A DNA stretch of 54,281 bases, filler included, from Sphacelaria rigidula (GCA_964200075.2; 3 parts of 3 records of this genome joined end to end with filler, not necessarily neighbours in it), one strand, 5' to 3'; positions 23,901 to 36,157 are shown, counted from the whole stretch's first letter. Notes: a model not told the origin generated them from the sequence alone. Translations and numbers: made by a program.

Positions 23901-26900
23901 GCAGGAGTAGCCCCAAAGTATCCGTGTTTTAATCCCGCATGATACCCTTGGCCCCGCCTAATTTCAAGTAGGCAAGGACGGCAGAGCTTCTTGTCTGATG
24001 GCTACCTTCACAGGTGCCGGTGGCTTCACTATAAAATGTTGAGAATACGCCCGAGACTTCTCCAAGAAACCTCAAGGGCATCTCGTTGCGCGTGTAGTTC
24101 TTTCCGCATTTATTATTTTCCGTCACATTTTCAGCCCCTACCCTTCCACGGGACGGGACGGGTTCGTGGTTTCAAGGGATCCAGCCGTGTCCCGTTGTAC
24201 ACTCCTTACATTTTGTTGTCGAAGACTGGATCATGACCAACACTCCCGCACCTTGTCGACTCGTCAAATGAAAAGTCTCTTCGGAGGTCACGTCCTCACA
24301 TTTTCAAGATCGAAACTCAGATACTTTTCAGCATGAACCCAATGTATGTCTGCCTGGAATAGAACCTGCACGCTACCGACCTAACTGGCTTCGCTTGTAC
24401 CATTCGAACCACTGGGGCGCGGCGGCCGCTATGATTCTCATGATGGCTACGTGGTGACCTCGTCACAAAATCCGTAGCAGCACAGGGGGATCCTTGATGG
24501 AACTTTCGTGGGGGTGTAGTGGCACCCGATATCATGGAAGGTCCACGGGAGGCTTGTCGTGAACCCGGTTCGTTGAGGCACGCAATGCACGTTCGCTTTC
24601 TCGTGTAGTACCAGCATCGCCGTTGCCCGTCGATAAGGCACGAAACTATATCGCCGCGCGCGCGTACAAGTTTTGGTACTCGCAGGCAATACTTGGATCT
24701 AACACTTCAGCTATCGTTACTTTTAAAGCAATACCCACGGACCGCTGGTGTTCGTTAGAGGGTGTGCGTGTAGGCTTGTGCGTGAGAAGTATGCCCATTT
24801 GGGCTATGCGCCGAAAATTATAGAACGGCAACTAGGGCGAGGGTACGCCCACCGGGGCAGCCTTGTACTGTGGTAGCATCATGGACATGCCACGGTTCCA
24901 TCATTTCACGGACATGGGAGGAATGGTCCGTGTGACTGAAATGAGAGTACCATGGCAGTCCTATTGAACTATTCGGGAACCATCTGTGCGAATACGCGGG
25001 TAGCCCTACATGGTGCACTTTTCGAGCGGCCTGCAGAAGGCTCAAGGTGTTGATACAAGCTCGGGTGAACAGGTGCCTGTATGTATGTACGGAGGAAATG
25101 GAGTGCATCCCAAAGAAACTGGAGGAGTATATGGGAATCGGGACCATGAAAAGGTGGTACGGACATCTGAAAGGAAGATGAAGATTGGCGGGAAGGAAAG
25201 GAGAAGATAAGCAGTATATCAAGGACGAGGATGGGAAACACGAAAACCCAATTTGTGAGACATGGGAACAATACTTGTCTACCTTTCTTCATGCATCGTG
25301 GGTGACTGTCGATCGGAGTGTCATCGAGAAGATCGCGCAACGGTCGAAAGGGTTGTCACTTGGAGATCCCGCAAGCGCGGATGAAGCAGAGAAGGTATTG
25401 AGAGATATGGCTAGCGGCGAAGCGATGGGACCTGATGGGCTAACTGCTGAAATCCTCGAGCTTGGATTGGTTGGGGAGTATTACGGAGATTATGTACCAC
25501 TTCGACAGGTTTGTCGTTGCTGTTTGGACGTCAGGGGAGGTGCTGAAGCCGCGGGAAGACGCCAATATCAAAGTGCCACACAAGGACGGAACCAAATGTG
25601 ATAACGAGAGGAGCATCTCTCTCGTAGCAAATAGTAAACTTCTCAAAATCGTAGCCAAGAGGCCAGGTAGTTCTTATGAGGATGCAAGAATTTCATTGAA
25701 GAACAACACGGATTTTGGCGTCAGGGATAAACCACCTATGTGAAATTCGTAGTACGCCGACTGCAAGGGTCAGGACGAACGAGTAACATCCCATGGAAGA
25801 CGTGCCCCATGGACCTGCAGAGGCGTACGATTCCGTAGACCGCATGCTCCTGTGGGATGTGCTTGCAGGTTCCGGACCGATCATCAAGGTGATCGGCATG
25901 TTCATGTGCCACGATGGTGGACGAGCTGGGGTACAGCTGCCTGATGACGGATCATCTGCGTGGTTTCCACGGGAACCGTAGGTAAGGTACCGTAGCGAGC
26001 GTTTCCCCGGTATTTACCGGGGTATCCCATACTGTGGTATGCGTCAGTATCGTAGGTATGAGTTTTGGGAATACGTGATCGAGCGGGTACGGTAGGTATT
26101 GAAATTTCGAAATACCGTAGTATCGTGGATATCGTGGATATCGTGGATATCGTAGGTATGAGTTTTGAAAATACCTGATTGGGCGGGTACGGTAGGTACT
26201 GGTATCTCGAAATACCGCGGTTTCGTAGATGTCGTAGGTATGGCATTTGAAAATACCCGATTAAGCGGGCACGGCAGGTACTGGTATCTCGAAATGCCGT
26301 GGTATCGTAGATATCCTAGGTATGGGTTTTGAAAATGCCTGATTGGGCGGGTACGGTAGGTATTGAAATCTCGAAATGCCGTGGTACCGTAGATATCGTA
26401 GGTATGAGTTTTGAAAATACCTGATCGAGCGGGTACCGTAGGTACTGGTATCTCGAAATGCCATGGTATCGTAGATATCGTAGGAATGAGTTTCGAAAAT
26501 ACCTGATTGAGCGGGTACGGTAGGTATTCACATCTCGAAATACCGTGGTATTGTGGTATCGTGGGTGTCGTAGGTATGACATTTGAAGATACCCGATTGG
26601 ACCGGTATCGGTAGGGTATGAGATGTCCCAAATACCGGTACCGGGTATCTACCTCACCTACGGCGGCTATGGTGGTTTCATATCTGCAAGGCACTTGGAT
26701 AATTATACATTCCGATCGCGGTGTTCTTCAGCATCCTCGGCGCAGCATCAGTCGTCGTGATGTTACAGCGTGTTGCGGTAGAGCCGGCCATCGGCTGGGA
26801 CTTAGCATATCTACATGATGCGCCAAAAAGTAAGGATGATGAACCTCTGGAAGAGACACGCTGAAGAGGGTGCGCTGGTCATTCGGGGAATGTTCTACGC

Positions 26901-29900
26901 GGATGACGCCGGCATAGTCTAGAGGTACCTAAACGTGCTTGCCAGAATGATGAAGGGGTGGCCTGTTGAGAGTTGGGATGAAGGGTACCAGAGAGAGCAA
27001 CACACAGTCCATGCGCCTGGGGCAAGTACCTAGCCCCCCAGAGACTGCACTGCACACCTAGGCGGCGGATAGCCCAACGGCACAGGAAGATAGCCGAGGT
27101 TGTCTGCCTTGGCTGTCAGCGTAGACGCTGATGTTCCCATCGAAATAAAGCGCAGTATCGGCGTGGACATGCCTCCGGAATACAGTCCCCAAGTACACCG
27201 TCGACCCAATGCCCAGCTCTTTCTGAAACTTCGGATGATTCAAAGCTGAGGTGGTGGACATCATGCTGTACGGATGTGCTACATGGACACTGCGCCCGAT
27301 GAACTTCAAAAGCGTGCGCGCTGCACATCCACAAGCTGTTATTGCGAGCACCGGATCCGGTAGGAAGGGTCACACTCGACACAAGGCTCTTTCATGCGGA
27401 GCTGTGCTTGAGATAAGCTGCGAGCGTATTGAGACGGCCATCCGCAAGTGTCAACTCTGGTTCGCGGGGGCCATTGTATAGCAAGACGGAGCACGTCTTG
27501 TAGAGCGCATCATATTCGGACGGGTGGCCACGCAACGTTTTAAGAAGACTGACCGAACACTGCGAAGGCCGCCTTGAGGGAAACCTGCGGGCGCTACTGG
27601 CTCTCCCACGCATGGGAGAAGATGGATTTTTTTGTCGACTGTATGAAGATTTCAAACTGACAAGATCGGGGCAGTGCCGCAAACAAGAGGGGCAAACGAC
27701 GGTTAAGGGTCAAGAAGCGAGTGGAGAAGTTCGAGGAGACATAGCGACGCAAAGACAGACGCGAATGGGACCGCCGATAGGAAAATTTCCACCGATAACA
27801 CGGCAAGAACAACAGTTTGCAACGAATCCTGGATGGAAATGGACGAAAGAGTGGGTCGCTCTCGTACCCGACTAGGGATGAGTGCGGGAGGCAGGGGGCA
27901 ACACGAGAAGTGGTGAACCTGTGTAACATTGGTGCTTAGCGGTGTTCCTACCTGTGCACGTTCTGCTTTGCCCTTGGGTTCCATCGCTCCCTTCTCTCAA
28001 GTTGATTTTCTCCGCTTCATTCCCTCTCTTATACTGTAGCAGCGTTTCGTGTCTCGCTCCTGTAGAGATCGTGGGCGAGAGTTCTTGCCCAACTAGTGTG
28101 GTTCCCAAATCACTGAGCCGCCTACTGCGTCCACAGCCATTCCTGTGTCGTCTCAAGTTTTTATGTGATTTACGCGTGACTTCTTTCCTTGAAGGCATGC
28201 TGCAGGAGCCGGCCACTTTGTTGGGGAGAAATTCCCAGCTTCTAGCTGGGTCTTGGCTGCCATCGGGGTTGTGTTTTTGTTCGGGCCTAGTTGCGTAAAG
28301 TCTGTCTAAGCTTTTTCACCCGACAACGTGTCACAAGCATTGCTTATGGAACCGGAGCCTGTCACAAAAAGTCACTTCGTCAGGGAGAAATCCTCAGCTT
28401 TTAGCTGAGTCTCGGCTGTGATCGGGAATGTGTGTGTGTGTGTGTTTTCCGGGCCTAGTTTTTTGTCCGGACCCGGTTGCTTGAAAACTGTCACAGCTTG
28501 ATAACTCGACAACGTGTCACAAATGTGCCACAAGTATTGCCTATGGAACCGGTTCCTGTCACAAAACGTAAATTTGAAACAGCAACACATGATCGTGTAT
28601 TGTCGTGGCTTTGAGCAAAGCGCAGCAGAAAATCTAACAGCAGCAAGTTATATGGAGGTAGACTACAACACAGCAGGAAAGCCCAGCCTACATGCCTCAA
28701 CCCCCCCTCCGGCTCCCTGGAGAGCACGCGTTTCTGCTCAAGAGGGCGCGGGAGTGCCGAAACAACCGTCCGACAAAGGAGCTTGTATGAGTATTGGCAC
28801 ACCGGAGCGTGTCGCAAACGAATTTTGAAAACGGCAACACACGGAACCATAGGCTTTTACTCAAATTGGCGCTACCCTCCTGGTTACACGTATTGTTGAT
28901 GCTCCGTCCAGATGGCACGATAGCACTTGTTCAACGAACCGTGTATTGTCGCGGATGGAGTCAGGCCGTCCATGGATGTGTGCGCGTTCTATGGCATATG
29001 TCGGTGCAATGGCTGATTTCTCGATGGAGCACTAAAGTCGCGAAGGGCCGTGTGTTGTAGCGGAGTAAGGCACAGCACAGCAGAAAATCTGAGAAGCAGG
29101 AAGTTTCATGGAGGTCGACAATGCAGTGCAACGTAAAAGAAAAAAAAAAACGTATCAGCGCAGTCACCAACGAAATATCGAAAGAGCAACACAGGACAAA
29201 AACGTTTTCGCTCAAATCGCCGACGAGCCGCCGGAACAACTCTCGTGTTTACACTGGAACCGAGTATCCGGTCAACAGTGGAACTTGTTTACCTCTTCGC
29301 ATGAACTCTCCAATGGCAACTCTCGTTTTGTGGGTAGAAGTACATATGGCTCCTACGTTACTCGTATTTTGTCGGCCTTTGCTTACTGTCTTGTGTTCAC
29401 GTGTCAATGTGCCAGTTCCCGTTTGTCGTAACTGTGAACGCGGTGCAGCTGTTGCAGTTGGAAACATGCCGTTTGACGGGGTGGTGTATTCATAACAATG
29501 TGTTGCGTCACTTGCGGGCGAGATTCAGCGTGGCGCGGGGATATCAACCGTTGTAGTGAAGGTCAAGATGGCTAAGACCCCCAACTCCCCAGGAGAGGCG
29601 CTAGGGGAAGAAATCTGGTTATAGGCTGGTTTACGGTGATCACCCAGTTTTCACCCAATCTCCACATCCTTCAAATCGTAGTAACTGTCATCGGCTGGGG
29701 AATCTAACGGGAAAAAATATATTTTAAACGGTTACTACGGGGGTCGAAGTACCCTCGAAACCGTGATGTTTCGGTGATGTCGGGTGTTGCCGTCGTCTAA
29801 TTTCCACTAAGGATACGCACGAAAGACCCAGGAAGCCTCGTGACGGTGTGCCCTGTCTTTCTAGTAGAAAAGCCCAGATCGCCCTCAAACTTGGCAGTTC

Positions 29901-31486
29901 CGTAGGTACTGGTGCTCCAAATGGCAAAAATTGTATTTTTTGACAATATTTCATGATTTCTCCGTTCTCTACCGGCTTCCGGGGGTTCCGGGTTGAAGAG
30001 GTACATAATACCTCCCAAAAAAGAATAAAATGATGCGTCCTGGGATAGTCCAAGGAACACATGTACAAAGTTTGGAGGAGAAACTCGAGAACCTCACACA
30101 GTCTTTCGTGCCTTGACGTAAAATTCACCCAAAAAGACGTTTAAGTACTAAAATCAAATAGTTAGGAGTTGCACATTTCAAGCCCACGTCCTCCACAAAC
30201 GCGCAAACCTTCACGCTGTTATTAGGAGTTAGACCCTGAAAGTTTGCGCAAGAATGCAATGTGTTATTACGCAACATGCTTCGGACGGTGGTGTTTTTAC
30301 TTGTTGAGTTTTTCACCGTTTTTCGGGGGTCCGACGCGATCCATGTCGTTTTTCGAAGTAATCTCCACTCTGGGACCCCGGAAAACCGGCTCTACGATGT
30401 TGTTTTAATATTTTCTCGTGAATGAGCTGTCGTCGCTTAACCCAAGAAAGAGCTCCACAAAATTTCGTCGTAAAACTCGATCAACGGATGCTTGGATTTT
30501 CATGTTAACGTTAAAGAGGGCCCAAAAACGCCGTTTTCGTACTATAATCAAGTAGTTAGCGGTTTCGCCGCGGCACGTCAAAGTTCATCGCACAAAAGCG
30601 AAAAACCTCACGCCGTTTCGAGGAGTTGAACCCTGAAATATTGCACAACTGTGCCATGGGTCATTACGCAACTTTGGATTAACTAAGTTTTTCGAGTTTT
30701 GTTTTCTTTACCGTTCTACGGGGAACCGACTGGATCGATGTTTCCCCGGAAAAACTGGGACCCCCGAAAAATGGTGAAAAAAAATGGAGAGTGAATAAAC
30801 CTCGACCTTCGGAAGTTGCGTAATGCCCCATAGAACATCTATGCAAAATTTCAGGGTCTAACTCCTTAAAACGGCGTGAGGTTTTGCCGATGAGTGTTTT
30901 TTGGGTGATGAGCCTGAACCAGCCTGTAGGTAGCGTCGTACCTCTTGACGTGCCGTAGATAGTGAGCACTATTGAAATACTATGCCTTGTTCGGATGTGT
31001 TGCACGGCACTGTACCGTAGTACACTGCGCCTTTTTTTGCGCTGCTATACCGTCTGTGAGCTGTTTCAGCTGTTCAGATTGTCTTGAGCCGGTTTCTCAC
31101 CTACCTGAGGGTATGCGTATGTTTCCTTTTCCGACCAAGGGAATTTTCGAAAAAACGTTCAACCCCAAATGCTGATTCTCGCCTCGCTAGCCTGGTCGCT
31201 AGTCAAGCATCTGTATATCACTGTTTGAATTATAGCGATACCTTCTATCGCCCTCCCAACCCCCCTTCCCCCCTCCTGCTCTGAGTCAGGTAAAGCAGAC
31301 GTCTGGGCTGTCGGGGCCCTCATGTATGCAATGGCCGTCGGAGACCCTGCCCCGGCGGAGCTGTCTACTACCCGTCGCGCTGAGCTTGCTTCTGTCGTGG
31401 GGCACCGCACGGGAAGCGAAGCTCTGTCGCTCATAGCGCACAAGACGCTCGATCCTGACCCTGCGAAGAGGCCGTCGGTTCACCAG
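19760..31486 (+). CDS. Ser/Thr protein kinase, NEK-like (3'-incomplete, at least 620 aa)
   Basis: Exons 19760-20959, 21368-21634, 21839-22034 and 31290-31486 join in frame. Motifs LGRGSHG, VLK, EAVNEARLL, LELEFCGGGDL, HRDLKPGN, DLG, GTIPFIAPE, KADVWAVG and LDPDPAKRPS. NEK-like assignment is inferred from motif style. Confidence 0.88.
21368..21634 (+). CDS. Kinase exon 2 (subdomains IV-VIa)
   Basis: tgcag|LHDFFVE...LQCLHE|gttagc. Confidence 0.88.
21839..22034 (+). CDS. Kinase exon 3 (HRD, DLG, APE)
   Basis: tccag|RGVLHRDLKPGN...HYS G|gtacct. Confidence 0.93.
22191..23753. repeat. Long imperfect inverted repeat (arms ~22191-22800 and ~23138-23753)
   Basis: e.g. cctacgagtagtcatacttttcctacatg...ctgccctacccatcttttctagg vs cctagaaaagatgggtagggcag...catgtaggagaagtatgactactcgtagg. 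Confidence 0.88.
25190..27630 (+). mobile_element. Decayed LINE (RTE-like) reverse transcriptase fragment in kinase intron 3
   Basis: Frameshifted RT motifs GEAMGPDGLTAEIL, DANIKV..KD..CDN.R.ISLV, AYDSVDRMLLW, MFYADDAGIV (YADD at 26896-26907), LYGCATWTL and IRKCQLWFAG. Boundaries approximate. Confidence 0.88.
25968..26671. mobile_element. hAT-type MITE (704 bp) with internal 82-bp tandem array, nested in the LINE
   Basis: 8-bp TSD GTGGTTTC at 25960-25967 and 26672-26679. CA...TG termini with imperfect TIR (cacgggaaccgtaggtaaggta vs revcomp catagccgccgtaggtgaggta). Confidence 0.8.
27640..28135 (-). mobile_element. Possible solo LTR (TGT...ACA, ~496 bp)
   Basis: Termini tgt...aca directly after the LINE end; TATA-like tataagag on the minus strand; no TSD found. 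Confidence 0.3.
29622..30926. mobile_element. Non-autonomous TIR element, Tc1/mariner-type (TA-flanked), 1305 bp
   Basis: TA|taggctggtttacggtgatcaccca ... tgggtgatgagcctgaaccagcctg|TA. Internal direct repeats (~30195-30280, ~30590-30675) and an inverted copy (~30813-30892). Confidence 0.72.
31290..31486 (+). CDS. Kinase exon 4 (subdomains IX-XI)
   Basis: gtcag|(G)KADVWAVGALMYAM...KRPSVHQ|gtgagt; phase matches exon 3. Confidence 0.9.
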
Positions 31487-31589
31487 GTGAGTGTTGCCGT
31501 TTTTTCTTCCCTTCCGTATCGCTGCTGGACTCAGCGTTTGTGTACCCTACACGAACTGGTTCCACCCCCAATATAAGTTTTTCTCCCCC

Positions 31590-34529
31590 GGGGCTGACTC
31601 CCAGCCTGTGGCGGGTGTGTCAACTGCGACCATGCACGCACACACCTGAAGTGTAGAGGAAAGGCATCACCGTCGACAGTAGCCACAACAGCAACATCAG
31701 TTATAGGGCAGCAACCGTCTCGCTTCCGCACCTGTTGCTTACGCTCGACGATGATGACGATACTAAATCCTGATGCAGCAGAATTTTGCCCGAGGGAGTT
31801 GTTCCCAACGGCAGAATTTGCCGCGGCTGCACAGCCCGCGGCAGCGGCACCAGGTAACCATCGCTGAAAACGTGGGATATGTAGCAAGGAGAGTAGAACT
31901 GCTAGGTATTTACACGTGTGCAAGCACAAGAAACGATGCGATGGTGGAACCGGTCGAGGCATGTCGGGACTGCTGCGCCCGGAACCATGTCTGGTAACCA
32001 GCACGCATGGAGCAATCTCCATTTCAGGACAGAAATATGTACTTGCATGTAAAAGGACAGAGGGGAAGAAAAAACGCCCCGCTCGGAAAAAGAGGCGCAG
32101 GAGACGAGCAGATCGGAGGGCTCCCGACAAGAGGAAAAATACTGCGAGGGCAAGGTCCAGGATCGGCGAGCTTACTGTCGGTACCTGCAATGTTCGCACG
32201 CTCGCTTTCAAAGGTGTGAATGGCATTGGCCACAGTAAGATTGTCCTGAAATCTTGGGAGAGTCTGGGCTGCAATATCGAGAGGGCCAATCGGTGTTCAG
32301 TGCGGCGGGATTTACGGTATTCTGTTCCGGTGACACAAGCGGGGTTAAGGGGAAGGCAGGACAAAATGGAGGTAGGGATCGCTATCAAGGAGTCGATTCT
32401 GGAGGAGATGGGGGGAAAGGTGCTACAGTCGAGTAGATTAGTGCTCGACTTATGAAGGTAAAACTTGAACTACACGGCAATTCCAACGCAGTATCATTTG
32501 TAGTTGGATATGCCCCGACGGCGACCGCTCCGCTCCGCGACAAGAACAAGTGTTGGGATGACGTATCCGATGCCATCTCACAAGTACGTGGCAAGGAACA
32601 TCTAGTTTGTCATGATGGATGCCAACGCCCGCACTGGAAAATGAAGGGGGGTGGGGTGGAGAGAATGATAACAAGGTACTTGGCGAATACGGGCGGGACG
32701 TACTGAACAAGAACGGTGAGAGGCTACTGGCCTTCGCAGGGGAACAACGCCTTACCGTGCTCAAAACATTTTTCCAGAACACTCAAGTGGGGCATATCGT
32801 TCACTTTCCAAAGCTCTAACGCTGGGAAGGGACGCTATCGCCTCGACTACGTTCTCACCAGACAGACGGACCGATAACTCGTACGCAAGATCTCCGTCCG
32901 CCGTCCACCACCCTGAAAACGCGAGTCTGATCATAACCTCGTATTTGCAAAGGTCCGGCTCCTTGGTCGCTTCGCGCCCAATTGCAAGATGCGGAAACAT
33001 GTACCAAGACGCAGAACCGCTGACCTTGAAAGGCTGATGGCTGCCGCAGCAGACACCGCGCCCCACGAAAGAAACCAACGAGGCTCCCACGGCTCGTGCG
33101 CGAGTGCCGAGACCAAGGCAAAGATCCACACTGCATGTATGGCGAGGGAAACAGCACGGAGGGCATCGACGTCAACGCCCACTGACACCACCCTCAAGGG
33201 GGGTCTTGAAGAAGACCAACAAGGAACTCGGTCGTGTTATCCATATGCGGTCGAGAGATTATTCGAGAACTAAGCCGACTTGAAGCACACATCGCAGAAG
33301 GTGACCAACGCGATTGCTACAGGCACCTGACAGGAATCGATGTCGAAGGGGGAAAACCATGTAGCTCACAGCAGGAATATATCCATGACAACAAGGGTAA
33401 ACTGCTCAGAGATGTGAAGCTCATCCGCGGGCGGTGAATACAGTAGATTGACACCCTTCTCAACACCAGGTTGCCCCACCTCAATTCAGCAATCATCGAC
33501 CAACTCCGGGCGCGACTTCCGAGCACGTCGCTGGACGTGGTGCCTACGATAGATGATACAGCAGATGCCATCCGATCTATGTCCAATGGAAAACCCGTTT
33601 GCCCAGATGATCTGCCGACTGAGCTGTTGACAATACTTCTCGACGGCGACGACACGAGCGGCCTACAGGGACTCCACGCTATCGTCGTTGATATTTGGGG
33701 CGGAGCAGCGGTACCACAAGAAAAGAAGGATGTCACCATCATAGTTTTCCACAAAAAAAGAATCGGACGGAATGTGGGAACCACGAAGGAATTTCATTTG
33801 TGTCACACGTCGGCAAAGTGCTCAAGATATTCGCCCGCCGCCTGAGCACCTACTGCGATGGCAGTGGAATCCTGCCTGAAGAGCTGTGCGGCTTCCGTCC
33901 CGGACGCTCAACTTTCGACGTGATGTTCAATGTCCGACGACTCCAGGAACTTGGCCGGAGACGACGGATCCCGCCCTACATGTGTTTCGTCGACCTCACG
34001 AAAGCATACGATTCTGTCGACCGCTCAATGCTGTGGAAAGTTCTGGAACGCTATGGCGTCCCACCCACCATGCTCTCGATCATCCGCCAATTCCACGATG
34101 GTATGCAAGCTCGGGTGTGCACGGACGAAGGGGAATACCCGGAATGGTTCGACATCGGACAGGGCCTCCGACAAGAATGCGTCCTGGCACCACTGCTGTT
34201 CAACGTTTTCTTCACGCCGGTGCTTGCGGTGGCCCTGGCAACCTTCAGCGATGACCCCGACATGTCGGGGGACCCGGTGCGAGTCCGAAAAATCGCATAG
34301 GGATACTTCCAACAGGAGTGTGCGGTGGCATGGGGCGAGTCAGACGTGACCACAGCAGCCGCAGTGGAAGAGGTACGGTCCTTATGGAGTATGCTGCACG
34401 CCGATGCCGCCTGCATCATCTCGCGGACATCATCGAGCCTCGAGAAGATGATGACGGTGATTATGACGGTCTGCGCGGAGTTCGGGTTGAACCGTGTCGG
34501 AAGTGAAGACGAAGACCATGCGACTGCTC
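31590..34529 (+). mobile_element. Decayed LINE (RTE-like; APE endonuclease + RT), 3'-truncated, downstream of kinase exon 4
   Basis: Endonuclease motifs TVGTCNVRTL, VVGYAPT, DANA, N.NG.RLL and SDHNLV. RT motifs GFRPGRSTFD, FVDLTKAYDSVDR, GLRQECVLAPLLFN, and YADD decayed to HADA. Multiple stops and frameshifts. 5' boundary approximate. Confidence 0.92.
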
Positions 34530-34578
<49 letters not shown>

Positions 34579-35016
34579 CCCTCGTTTCAAAACCTCTCCC
34601 GTAACTACGAAGAGGACGCGTAGCTTGGAACGCATCTATCTTTCTGCCGCTACAGCACAATAATACCCTGCCATGGTCTGCCTTGGGTTGCGACGCGCTC
34701 CTCCGGATCGACTGCAGCCGTTTTATTTTGCTTCGGTTCAAAGGTGAAGATGAAATATATATACACGGCAGGAACGATGTAAGTTGTTGTGCGCACGAAA
34801 TGAAGTTGTACAGTGTACAATCCGTACGTACTAACAATATCCTTCTCGGAGATATGTGTGTTCTGTTGTTTTAAACATGCGACAACAGACACGGCAAACT
34901 GTCATACGAGAACACTCATAACTATGTCCTAGATCATTCAATGCAAGCAACCAAACGGTTTTGAATGTGAAGACAACAACAACAACAACAACAACAACAG
35001 CAACAACAACAACAAC
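34530..35016. repeat. (TTG)n ... (CAA)n inverted microsatellites enclosing a ~390-bp core
   Basis: (tgt)n 34530-34578 and (aca)n 34973-35016, with inverted ttcaaaacc (34586-34594) / ggttttgaa (34957-34965). Confidence 0.8.
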
Positions 35017-35757
35017 CAAAGCTGTTCCCAACTTGAGCAAACTACCGCCGCTCAAGACGACTCGCGTCCAACGTTTGGAGTATGATATATTCACAATGAA
35101 GTTGTTCTTACTTCGAGTATTATTCTCACGTTTCTGTTCTGGGCTAGAGTTCGAGGACTGATTTGAAGTATTCTACACCGTCGACGATTCAAAATTGAAT
35201 ATATATATATATATTGCATACGCTGGACAATACAACACGTGTCCAATATACATTGGTCGTTCTTATTGTGATACGACAGCGTATTAGAGAATTTCGGAAA
35301 ACGTTTTTTTTTTTTTCCGGGGTGCAAATATCGCAGAATGAAGGTGCAAAATGAAACAAAAACATCATCGAAGAGTAGTTCAGGCGATACCGCACCACAT
35401 TTGACGGAGATGGAGGTCATTTTTCGCTACATTCTGATCCTGAGATATTTACACTCAGAAATAACAAGAGAGCTTTTTCCGAAACTCTCCCTTGTCTGAC
35501 CAATATATATTGGGGCCACGTGGGCGACGACCGCATATTGCCCAACCAATATATAGATGTATCAGTGCACATGAGTGCAAAGTGTATTGACCGAACAGTG
35601 TATGTTGGAGCGCACGCGATCGTGCTTCATCACCCGACCAATATATCTTGGAGCGAATGGGTGGGCATTATATATTGCCGAACGATATAATGCACTGGAG
35701 CGGGTTGGCATTAACCATATCGCCCAGCATCATATATTGGAGCACACGATTCCCGTC

Positions 35758-36048
35758 ACGCCTCAGTGGTCTAATGGTGAAACGTGAGGCAATAGACCGG
35801 AAAGTGCGTAGTTATTTCCGGCAGATGCATTTCGGTTTCCCCCTAAAACCTGTTTGATATCCGTCGGTGAAAACCCGAGGACGCGAGCAGCAGCGATAAA
35901 CCTTATTTGAGGAGAGTCGACGCGGTGCACGAGTCTTGATCCAATCCGCGATATGAAACTGCAACGTGTGTACACGGGATGACACGGGTTGATCCCTTGA
36001 GACGCCGGACCCGGGGAAGGGGTTTTGAGTGTGCTAAAAAAAAAAAAA
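35758..36048 (+). mobile_element. Putative degenerate tRNA-derived SINE with poly(A) tail
   Basis: A box TGGTCTAATGG (35767-35777), weak B-box-like gttatttcc (~35811), A13 tail ending 36048; no TSD seen. Confidence 0.4.
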
Positions 36049-36157
36049 TGATGGGTGACCTTCATCTTGCCGAATAAGAATATATTTTTCTATGTATATA
36101 TGGCAACAGAGCCAATTTGACTTCCCCCTTCCTCCTCACACACACCACGCCTACCCC

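Noticed and set aside
24831-24860. Helitron-like 3' end on the minus strand (hairpin + CTAG|T)
   Set aside because: The stem is short or directly abuts CTAG, and no matching 5' TC terminus was identified.
26044-26694. 216-aa repetitive minus-strand ORF and CRISPR-like periodicity
   Set aside because: Translation of the 82-bp tandem array inside a MITE; no unique spacers, no cas genes, eukaryotic context.
31585-31670. HDV-like or hammerhead ribozyme at the LINE 5' end (ggtgtgt/acacacc stem, ctgaag...gaaa)
   Set aside because: Core consensus not met: no CUGANGA, no UH site, and the P1/P3 geometry is absent.
31531-32388. 285-aa minus-strand ORF
   Set aside because: Antisense shadow of the LINE 5' region and endonuclease.
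34325-35161. Poly-L/N/Q/T/V ORFs
   Set aside because: Translations of the (TTG)n/(CAA)n microsatellites.
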